A stretch of 20,000 nucleotides of DNA, from the IMG/VR virus record IMGVR_UViG_3300035539_000076; one strand, given 5' to 3'. A program made the translations under genes and the position numbers. The notes beneath the pieces were generated by a model that had not been told where the DNA came from, ran no database searches, and worked only from the letters and a program-made list of their open reading frames with translations. The DNA is from an uncultured virus (IMG/VR IMGVR_UViG_3300035539_000076) (taxonomy: Duplodnaviria; Heunggongvirae; Uroviricota; Caudoviricetes). Shown piece after piece: positions 1-6,075 of the stretch; positions within the stretch are counted from its first letter, which is position 1; each line of letters begins with the position of its first letter.

Positions 1-2
1 AT

Positions 3-95
3 GTTGCAGATGTCGAAGATGTTGAAAACTTGTACAAACAGCCAGATGTCATAAAGGTGGGTAACATGTCTTTAGAAGATAAGAGCTGGTTATAA
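3..95 (+). CDS. 3' end of a hypothetical protein running in from the left edge (...VADVEDVENLYKQPDVIKVGNMSLEDKSWL*)
   Basis: Frame is open from the window edge to TAA at 93-95, which overlaps the ATG at 95 (TAATG). Confidence 0.5.
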   Translation, partial: VADVEDVENLYKQPDVIKVGNMSLEDKSWL

Positions 96-211
96 TGATG
101 GTTTATCTCGGGGTAATATTGTTTTCTATTTTTATAATTGTTTTGGTAGTGGGGATCAGAATAGATTTAGATATAATTCAACAGAACACAAATTTAAAGG
201 AGGAATGTTCA

Positions 212-502
212 ATGGTTAAGTACATTACTGAACAAGAAAAAGAAATGTTGGATGAGGTGACTAATTTTTGTAAAGATTATATCGGAACAACGCTTGAAGA
301 GATGTTATCTGCTTTACAAAAGGAATTTCATATCTCTGCCAATGACATCAGCAAAGAAAGTGAAAAAAGAGGAATTACTGAAGACAAAAAAATTAAACAA
401 GCTGAGGGAATATTGGTTCTTACTCAACCAAAAAGCATTTTCCTTATCGTTCAAAAAACAAACGGCAAAATAACGTCTATGGAAATAGAAACGTGTTCAT
501 AA
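212..502 (+). CDS. Hypothetical protein (96 aa), paralog of 535..822; a longer membrane-anchored form could start at 95
   Basis: AAGGAGGA RBS at about 197-204 precedes the ATG at 212. Shares YIGTT, EMLSAL, KRGITEDKK, KQAEGI and GKITSMEI with the next ORF. Confidence 0.8.
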   Translation: MVKYITEQEKEMLDEVTNFCKDYIGTTLEEMLSALQKEFHISANDISKESEKRGITEDKKIKQAEGILVLTQPKSIFLIVQKTNGKITSMEIETCS

Positions 503-534
503 CAAAATCACTCAGACAACAGGAGGGGAATTTA

Positions 535-822
535 ATGGCTATCACTAAGGAAAACGAAAGGTTGTTGGATTCAGTTACTAATATTTGTAAAAATTATATT
601 GGAACAACAACTGATGAAATGTTATCTGCTTTAACAAAGGATCTTGGTATTCCGGAGGGAAATGTTAGCAAAGAATTTGATAAAAGAGGAATTACTGAAG
701 ACAAGAAGTTAAAACAAGCTGAAGGGATAATAGTTTTTACAGATTCAATAGACATTCTTCTTATTATCCAAAAAACAGACGGCAAAATAACATCTATGGA
801 AATAAAAAAAAGTCTACAATAA
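535..822 (+). CDS. Hypothetical protein (95 aa), tandem paralog of 212..502
   Basis: AGGAGGGG RBS at 521-528, ATG at 535; high amino acid similarity to the upstream ORF. Confidence 0.85.
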   Translation: MAITKENERLLDSVTNICKNYIGTTTDEMLSALTKDLGIPEGNVSKEFDKRGITEDKKLKQAEGIIVFTDSIDILLIIQKTDGKITSMEIKKSLQ

Positions 823-851
823 AATCACTTGATATATATGTTTTTTACCAA

Positions 852-877
852 GGCAGGGGAACCTGCCCTTTTCTTTT
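852..877 (+). terminator. Intrinsic terminator
   Basis: GGCAGG-GGAA-CCTGCC hairpin followed by CTTTTCTTTT. Confidence 0.8.
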
Positions 878-888
878 GCCTTTTCATA

Positions 889-897
889 TGGTATAAT
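889..897 (+). promoter_or_regulatory. Extended -10 promoter (TGGTATAAT) for 985..1806
   Basis: TGnTATAAT match just downstream of a terminator and upstream of a gene. Confidence 0.6.
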
Positions 898-984
898 TTG
901 TATAAGATATTCTTTCTAAAAACTGCTTTGCAGTTAATATAAAAGGTTTGGAGTAAACCAAAAACTCTGAAAGGATGTGAAATT

Positions 985-1806
985 ATGTATTACAAAGACA
1001 GTTTAAGTGTTTTGCCTGAAGAAGGTATATTACCGGTTGATGTGAGGTTTGAATTGTTGGTGAAGATAGTGGGAAACATCTTGTATTTCGAGAAGAAAGA
1101 AAAAGGTGTAAAACACTTTCTGAACAACCACATCTACAAGTCTTTCGAGCAAAACAAGAAATCATCCAACTTGATGTGGGCTGCAATAGCTGACTTTATG
1201 AATTCAGGCGTTTCCATGATCAACGATTCCATCGATGAGAATCAGGCTAAATATTCCGCATGGGATTATCTAGAAACGGTATACGATATACAAATAAACG
1301 GCAAAGCCACTCATCAGAAAAGGTATTTTAACGAAGATATGATTAAGTATTTAGCCGACAGGATGGATAACGGAATATTAACAGACGATATCATGGTCGA
1401 TTATTTGGATAGTAGTTTGGAGTTCACATATGTGAGGGATAACAAGAGGTATATCCTGGTAGCTAATGATTATATAAATCAACTAAAACCTTATTTTCCT
1501 AACGGCGAATACAACATCATTGTGGATATATACAACTCCAGATACGGTGTTCTCGAGGAATTAGAAACTGATTTGTATAAGGTAATACAGTTCTTGAATT
1601 ATGCCGAGTTTTCCGTGCAGGATGACAAACATGTAGATACTTCTCGTCAAATGCAGGGAATAATATTCACAGCAAAAGGTTCTGTTGAACGATTAGAAAA
1701 AACTGTACAGAAATTCAGGAGAGTGATAGAAGATAGTAGGGTTGTGAAAGATTATAAGAATATAATCCCTTATGCAGAAATTTTTGACAATTATGAAGAT
1801 AAATGA
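985..1806 (+). CDS. Hypothetical protein (273 aa)
   Basis: Long ORF with AAGGATGTGA RBS-like site; no recognisable motif. Confidence 0.85.
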   Translation: MYYKDSLSVLPEEGILPVDVRFELLVKIVGNILYFEKKEKGVKHFLNNHIYKSFEQNKKSSNLMWAAIADFMNSGVSMINDSIDENQAKYSAWDYLETVYDIQINGKATHQKRYFNEDMIKYLADRMDNGILTDDIMVDYLDSSLEFTYVRDNKRYILVANDYINQLKPYFPNGEYNIIVDIYNSRYGVLEELETDLYKVIQFLNYAEFSVQDDKHVDTSRQMQGIIFTAKGSVERLEKTVQKFRRVIEDSRVVKDYKNIIPYAEIFDNYEDK

Positions 1807-2060
1807 TATAATTTGTATATAATAATACTACCTTTACTAAATATTAGTAAAATAGCTGGCAAGACCTAAGGGTCTTGCTTTTTCTTTATCTATATGTTAT
1901 AATAAAAATAATCCATAGTGAAATTTTTTTAAAATTTCCTTTTGCTCGCAAGACCTTAGGGTCTTGCTTTTTCTTTATCTGTATGTTATAATAATTTTGT
2001 CATTATTATATGCGAGACGCCGATATATTTTATATACGCAGGGCTATTGTCCTGCATTTT
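1804..2060 (+). ncRNA. Candidate cluster of three small RNAs of about 65 nt
   Basis: TGnTATAAT at 1804-1812, 1895-1903 and 1984-1992, each followed 44-46 nt later by a terminator hairpin (1859, 1948, 2038); no RBS-led ORF inside. Confidence 0.45.
1859..1994 (+). repeat. 47-bp direct repeat, two copies (1859-1905, 1948-1994): terminator hairpin plus extended -10 promoter
   Basis: GCAAGACC-TWAG-GGTCTTGC-TTTTTCTTTATCTRTATGTTATAATAA; two mismatches between copies; period 89 bp. Confidence 0.9.
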
Positions 2061-2240
2061 CTATTTTTTAGAGTAAAAACCACCACCACGTAATACAAAA
2101 TCCATCTTTCCATAAAGTCTTTCCATAACATCGCCACATCTTCCACATATAACTGTTTTTTGTTTATCATATTCCTCTATAGTCATACTTACTTTAGATA
2201 CATGTCCACAGTTAACACATTTAAAGTTGTAAGTTGGCAT
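2061..2240 (-). CDS. FmdB-family zinc ribbon protein (59 aa; not in ORF track)
   Basis: MPTYNFKCVNCGH...ICGRCGDVMERLYGKMDFVLRGGGFYSKK has MPxY-CxxC...CxxC and a C-terminal GxGFY typical of the family; AAGGAG RBS upstream. Confidence 0.85.
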   Translation of the reverse strand: MPTYNFKCVNCGHVSKVSMTIEEYDKQKTVICGRCGDVMERLYGKMDFVLRGGGFYSKK

Positions 2241-2294
2241 ATAAACATCTCCTTATATAGTATTCTTCTATATTATACAACAAGATCATGTGTT

Positions 2295-2333
2295 TGTATA
2301 GGTAAAAAAAGAGGCGCGTGGTGCGCCGTCTTT
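2295..2333 (-). terminator. Intrinsic terminator with conserved ACCTATACA tail
   Basis: Minus strand GGCGC-ACCAC-GCGCC-TC-T7-ACCTATACA. Confidence 0.75.
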
Positions 2334-2367
2334 ATTCTTCACCCGACAAATCGGGCTGAGTAAAAGA

Positions 2368-2772
2368 TTATCTGATATACTCTATACATATTCCTCTGCC
2401 ATTGGTTTTTAAAAAATTTTCTATATAACGATTTAAATCTTTTTCATCTTCATCGTCAGTAGGAACTATTGAAATTCTTTTTACTTCTTCATCTCCGTTT
2501 CTATATTCTTTATAACCAACCAAATTATAATGAAGTTCTTGGTCTTCATATGCTTGTTCTGGATCAACCATAAATCTTTCGTAATAATCCTCAATAAATC
2601 TCCTAATTTCTTCAGCTTGTTCTTTTGAATACATTTCATATTGGTCTGCTCTATCATTTCTTAAAAATGTGAAATTTCCTTTCGAACCCCAAATTCTTTG
2701 GTCTTTTTCTCTTGTTTCATAGTTTTCATCAAAATCTCCTTCAATTATTTCCATAAAATTAACTAATTTCAT
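2368..2772 (-). CDS. Acidic hypothetical protein (134 aa)
   Basis: ORF with AAAGGAG RBS, its own promoter motif and leader, and a downstream terminator. Confidence 0.85.
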   Translation of the reverse strand: MKLVNFMEIIEGDFDENYETREKDQRIWGSKGNFTFLRNDRADQYEMYSKEQAEEIRRFIEDYYERFMVDPEQAYEDQELHYNLVGYKEYRNGDEEVKRISIVPTDDEDEKDLNRYIENFLKTNGRGICIEYIR

Positions 2773-2786
2773 ATTAAAACTCCTTT

Positions 2787-2819
2787 CCTCAGCCAGCCTT
2801 GCGGTCTGGTCTTACGAGG
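2787..2819 (-). ncRNA. Conserved structured 5' leader motif, copy 1
   Basis: CCUC-GUAAGA-CCAG-A-CC-GCAA-GG-CUGG-CU-GAGG directly before AAAGGAG. Confidence 0.7.
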
Positions 2820-2845
2820 GCAGATTAGAATATTTTCTAATCCTT

Positions 2846-2863
2846 ACATATTATATATACCAA
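2846..2863 (-). promoter_or_regulatory. Repeated phage promoter-like motif TTGGTATATATAATATGT
   Basis: Identical 18-mer at 3749-3766 and 19056-19073; always intergenic and upstream of minus-strand genes. Confidence 0.8.
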
Positions 2864-2884
2864 GAATTTTCATTTTTTATTTTC

Positions 2885-2921
2885 TGTATAGGTAAAAAAA
2901 GAGGTGCGTGTTCAGCCTCTT
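2885..2921 (-). terminator. Intrinsic terminator with ACCTATACA tail
   Basis: AGAGG...CCTCT stem overlapping the stop of 2912..3211, then a T-tract and ACCTATACA. Confidence 0.65.
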
Positions 2922-3211
2922 GAAATTTTCTTTAAATTTGCCAAGGCTATTTCTTCAGCCCATGACAAAATGTTAAAATCATTTAATTCTTCTAGGCCAT
3001 AACGGCCTATTTTGTCTTTGATTCTTTCTAGCTCAAGTATTTCTTGAGCTTTTTTCTTTTTTGCATCTTCCGCAATTAAATGCGGAAATAAAATTTCTTT
3101 TAATTCTTCCTCAAAATCGTCAAAAGACGATTTTGGGATACTTTCTACTTTTAATTCATATTCCTTTTTCATCCATGATTTGATGGAATCTACCTTATCT
3201 TTCAATGTCAT
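2912..3211 (-). CDS. Hypothetical protein (99 aa)
   Basis: ORF with AAGGAGGG RBS; lies downstream of the hammerhead. Confidence 0.85.
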   Translation of the reverse strand: MTLKDKVDSIKSWMKKEYELKVESIPKSSFDDFEEELKEILFPHLIAEDAKKKKAQEILELERIKDKIGRYGLEELNDFNILSWAEEIALANLKKISRG

Positions 3212-3242
3212 ATAATAATCCCTCCTTCGGGTATTATTGATT

Positions 3243-3266
3243 TGTCAGAATTATAGGCTTCCGACA
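3243..3266 (-). other. Hairpin with GCCUAUAA loop (second copy at 10263-10282)
   Basis: UGUCGGAA-GCCUAUAA-UUCUGACA. Confidence 0.55.
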
Positions 3267-3281
3267 CGTAGCCTTTGTTAC

Positions 3282-3347
3282 TGACCTGTCTCATCAGTGG
3301 CAGGAGGTCATCCCTACCAGACGAGGGCAGAACCCTCGTTTCGACAG
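3282..3347 (-). ncRNA. Type II hammerhead ribozyme
   Basis: Minus strand CUGUC-GAAA-CGAGGG-UUCUG-CCCUCG-UC / UGGUAGGG-AUGACC-UCCUGCCA-CUGAUGA-GACAG-GUCA. Full CUGAUGA/GAAA core, GUC triplet, three helices, and loop I UGACC complementary to 3' GGUCA. Confidence 0.93.
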
Positions 3348-3351
3348 TGGC

Positions 3352-3675
3352 TTAAACGTACTTAACGAATCCGGGCACAGCCACAATGTGCCCTTTTTCA
3401 TTTCGAAGAGCTTCCCCAGTGTTTGGGGATACTACATCGTTTCTATCGGTAGCTTGTGCTACCATTGCTGATACTACGTAGATGGTATCTTTTTCAGGTG
3501 CAGGTAAACCTTCTACACCTGTGGATCTTGATTCTTTAACTTCAAAACCGTTAAGTCCTTCAACGGTTTTTGTTTCTGTTTTTACTCTGGGAATAATCCC
3601 AGAGGGTTGGATGGTTATTGTTTCTGATCCTTTTTTAATATTTAATGGGTGGGGTGTGCAATTTATTATATTCAT
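3352..3675 (-). CDS. Small NxTPH-motif protein (107 aa), possible Crn4-like ring nuclease / anti-CRISPR
   Basis: IINCTPH...PSG..PRV...GLP...YVVS..VA...R.D...P...R...G.I pattern of a widespread viral family. The link to Crn4 is from recollection and is unverified. Confidence 0.5.
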   Translation of the reverse strand: MNIINCTPHPLNIKKGSETITIQPSGIIPRVKTETKTVEGLNGFEVKESRSTGVEGLPAPEKDTIYVVSAMVAQATDRNDVVSPNTGEALRNEKGHIVAVPGFVKYV

Positions 3676-3689
3676 ATTAAATCTCCTTT

Positions 3690-3722
3690 CCTCTGCCAGC
3701 CTTGCGGTCTGGTCTTACGAGG
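3690..3722 (-). ncRNA. Conserved structured 5' leader motif, copy 2
   Basis: CCUC-GUAAGA-CCAG-A-CC-GCAA-GG-CUGG-CA-GAGG then AAAGGAG; part of a ~95-bp repeat shared with 2770-2863. Confidence 0.7.
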
Positions 3723-3748
3723 GTGGACTAGAATATCTTCTAATCCTT

Positions 3749-3766
3749 ACATATTATATATACCAA
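3749..3766 (-). promoter_or_regulatory. Repeated promoter-like motif TTGGTATATATAATATGT
   Basis: Exact copy of the 18-mer. Confidence 0.8.
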
Positions 3767-3803
3767 CATTTTTTGATTTTTTTCATTTTATTATATGTTA
3801 GTT

Positions 3804-3846
3804 TATATAGGTAAAAAAAAGAAAGAGAGCTTTCGCTCTCCCTTTT
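3804..3846 (-). terminator. Intrinsic terminator with ACCTATATA tail
   Basis: GAGAGC-GAAA-GCTCTC hairpin followed by TTTCTTTTTTTT. Confidence 0.85.
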
Positions 3847-4026
3847 TTATATTATCAGAACTAGTAGCAATACTGCTACTGTTCCAACTTGCAGCACACC
3901 AAGTGCTGCAAGCGGTCCTACAAACACAAGAACAAATAATACTGGTACCAATAATAATAAATACGCAGGTCCAACAATAACTAACATCAATAAAGAAAAC
4001 AAAACAGAAATTAAAAAATTAAACAT
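3847..4026 (-). CDS. Uncharged hydrophobic membrane peptide (59 aa; not in ORF track)
   Basis: MFNFLISVLFSLLMLVIVGPAYLLLLVPVLFVLVFVGPLAALGVLQVGTVAVLLLVLII; AAGGAGG RBS, own promoter, leader and terminator. Confidence 0.75.
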   Translation of the reverse strand: MFNFLISVLFSLLMLVIVGPAYLLLLVPVLFVLVFVGPLAALGVLQVGTVAVLLLVLII

Positions 4027-4039
4027 ATAATGTCCTCCT

Positions 4040-4074
4040 TTAGCTGCCAGCCGATTGGTCTGGACTTACGCTAA
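4040..4074 (-). ncRNA. Conserved structured 5' leader motif, copy 3
   Basis: UUAGC-GUAAGU-CCAG-A-CC-AAUC-GG-CUGG-CA-GCUAA then AGGAGG; outer helix differs in sequence but still pairs. Confidence 0.7.
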
Positions 4075-4079
4075 TTTTT

Positions 4080-4097
4080 TCATGTTACATATACCAA
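4080..4097 (-). promoter_or_regulatory. Variant promoter-like motif TTGGTATATGTAACATGA
   Basis: Same TTGGTATAT core, same position relative to leader and gene. Confidence 0.6.
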
Positions 4098-4182
4098 GGA
4101 TTTTCTAATTTTTATTTTACCGTTCAACAACAACCTTTCGTGATACAATCTATAATGAACATAGACTAGGGAGGTTTTATTA

Positions 4183-5622
4183 ATGAAAAGTTTAACAAAA
4201 ATGGCTTCCCAAATGGTTCCTCAAGGATATGGTGTAGAAGACCATTTGGATAGAGATATATACCAAGAATATTCGCAAAAACAGAGAAAAAAAGATAAAA
4301 AAAGAGTATTGAAAAATAATGCTATGGGTGCTGCTTTAGCTGGTGGAGCAATAGGTGCTGGGCTTGGTGCTGCGTTAGGCCACAAAGGACAAAAAGCTTG
4401 GCAACAAGCTGGAGTTGATTTTCCTTGGCTTAAGACAAAAGCGGGATTATTAGGTGGTGCCGCTGGAGCTGGTATTGGTGCTACTTCAAGTATTGCTGGA
4501 TTAGCCAACGCTACAAACAAAGAAAGAAAAAGACAGGAGAAAACAGCTAGTATAAATATGCAAAAGATAGCTGCATTTTCTGCTGGAGTTGATTATGTTT
4601 TATACAATGACAACGTAGAACCTATGTTAAAACTTGCCAAATTAACTGAGATAGAAAAAAGAAAATTACAAGATATGAGGGCAAGAGATTATCAAAGTAT
4701 GAGTGATGTAGATCGAAGATATTTTAATGATTTTAAAGAAAATGAAAAAAAGTGGAATAGGGAAGAAACATGGAGAAAGCTTTTAGGGGGTATGGGAACT
4801 GGTGCATTAGTAGGAGCCGGTGCTGGTGCTATAAGAGGGGCTACAAAATCAATACCAACAGACAATAATGCGCCAAATCCAGCAGATAGACTTCCGGGGG
4901 TTGTACAAAAAAGCATAGCTGGAGTAGATACTATTACAGGGGCGGGTTCTCCTGATCAAAATCAAACCCCTCCTCAAGCAAACCCTAGTAATACGCCTAA
5001 CAAATGGGGTAATGCATTAAAAGGTGCTGCAGGCTGGGGAGCTGCCGGTGCTGCTGCAGGTGTTGCTGGTGGATGGATAGCTGATCGTGTAGCCAAGAAA
5101 AAACGTCAAGATCAAATAGACGAATATTCTTACACTAAAGCTTTAAAAGGTGGAAGTCCATATAGGCCTGCATATGATGCGGCTATGAATAGATTGAAAA
5201 CTGCTTCAGACCATAGCATATCTGCAACTGTAAAAATAGAAGATGACTTTAAGTTTGCTAAAGAAGCTTATGCCAACCTTGGAAAGTTCATGCAATCTTT
5301 GAGAAATACTAGTCAAAACGCTGGCAAGTCTATGCAACAATTAAACAAAGCTAAAGGTAAGTATAAAAATTTCCATTCTGATTTAGGCAAAGGATATTTA
5401 TCTAAATCATTAAGTTCACAGGCTTCTGGAGCTAAAGAGGTTGGAGGTTATAACAAATTACATAAGGTGTATAACAGCAATAATATGTCAGGGAAAAAAA
5501 CTCAAATAGCTGAAAGTAGAGATTTGAGAAAAGCTCAAATTGATCTTGAGGTTTCTAAAAAAACAAACAAAAATCCATATAGTAAAAAAATAGATTATGA
5601 TTACGCTTTAAACAGAAAATAG
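4183..5622 (+). CDS. Gly/Ala-rich glycine-zipper protein (479 aa), putative virion internal/ejection protein
   Basis: Several GxxxG hydrophobic segments separated by Lys-rich stretches; GGGAGG RBS; TGATACAAT at 4141-4149 upstream. Function is inferred. Confidence 0.7.
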   Translation: MKSLTKMASQMVPQGYGVEDHLDRDIYQEYSQKQRKKDKKRVLKNNAMGAALAGGAIGAGLGAALGHKGQKAWQQAGVDFPWLKTKAGLLGGAAGAGIGATSSIAGLANATNKERKRQEKTASINMQKIAAFSAGVDYVLYNDNVEPMLKLAKLTEIEKRKLQDMRARDYQSMSDVDRRYFNDFKENEKKWNREETWRKLLGGMGTGALVGAGAGAIRGATKSIPTDNNAPNPADRLPGVVQKSIAGVDTITGAGSPDQNQTPPQANPSNTPNKWGNALKGAAGWGAAGAAAGVAGGWIADRVAKKKRQDQIDEYSYTKALKGGSPYRPAYDAAMNRLKTASDHSISATVKIEDDFKFAKEAYANLGKFMQSLRNTSQNAGKSMQQLNKAKGKYKNFHSDLGKGYLSKSLSSQASGAKEVGGYNKLHKVYNSNNMSGKKTQIAESRDLRKAQIDLEVSKKTNKNPYSKKIDYDYALNRK

Positions 5623-5635
5623 GAGGTAATTTTTT

Positions 5636-6019
5636 ATGATTAAAACAGCAAGATATTACAAATTAGCCGAAGATGAAAAAAAGAAAAAAAGAATTAATCC
5701 ATGGTTAGCTGGAGGATTAGCCGCTGCAACAGCTGCCGGCGGATTGGCATATGCTAATCACAGAATGGATGGAGCTTTAGTGGATAAAGCTAAAGGTTGG
5801 TTTAATGGTGGAAATCAGCAAACACAAGGTGGCAGCATGGAATCTAATCCTAGAGGGGGGGTACCTCAAATGTCTAATCCTGATTCAGAAAATGTTCAAG
5901 TGCCTAAATTACAACAAGCCCCTGATCTATCGCAACAAATAGATTCTCAATCCCCAACTCAGTTTGCCCAAAATACTACTAGAAATCAAATGCGCAATTC
6001 TTTATTTGGCAATAGATAA
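5636..6019 (+). CDS. Small protein with one Gly/Ala-rich hydrophobic helix and a Gln-rich tail (127 aa)
   Basis: AGGAGG RBS; KKKKRINPWLAGGLAAATAAGGLAYA segment. Confidence 0.8.
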   Translation: MIKTARYYKLAEDEKKKKRINPWLAGGLAAATAAGGLAYANHRMDGALVDKAKGWFNGGNQQTQGGSMESNPRGGVPQMSNPDSENVQVPKLQQAPDLSQQIDSQSPTQFAQNTTRNQMRNSLFGNR

Positions 6020-6030
6020 AGATAGATAAG

Positions 6031-6054
6031 GCAGGAGCAAAACTCCTGCTTTTT
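6031..6054 (+). terminator. Intrinsic terminator
   Basis: GCAGGAG-CAAAA-CTCCTGC-TTTTT. Confidence 0.8.
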
Positions 6055-6075
6055 CTGATATTGGAGGGTTATGAC

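Noticed and set aside
1826..1850. Partial match of the first sRNA-like unit (TACTACCT...ATTAGTAA) to the RBS region at 13957-13980, suggesting antisense targeting
   Set aside because: Two 8-nt blocks with a mismatched middle in very AT-rich DNA, and half of it is inside the unit's own hairpin; cannot be distinguished from chance by eye.
1859..1994. 47-bp palindromic direct repeat with ~42-nt spacer as a CRISPR mini-array
   Set aside because: Only two copies; the repeat is fully explained as terminator plus extended -10 promoter; no CRISPR-like repeat ends and no cas genes in the window.
2787..2819. Assigning the leader motif to a known riboswitch class (c-di-GMP, SAM, preQ1, ZTP, guanidine)
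   Set aside because: It lacks the consensus nucleotides and architecture of those classes as I know them; left unassigned pending an Rfam search.
2295..3820. TTTACC in the terminator tail as the -35 box of the downstream promoter
   Set aside because: Distance to the TATAAT-like element varies widely between copies and is not near 17 bp.
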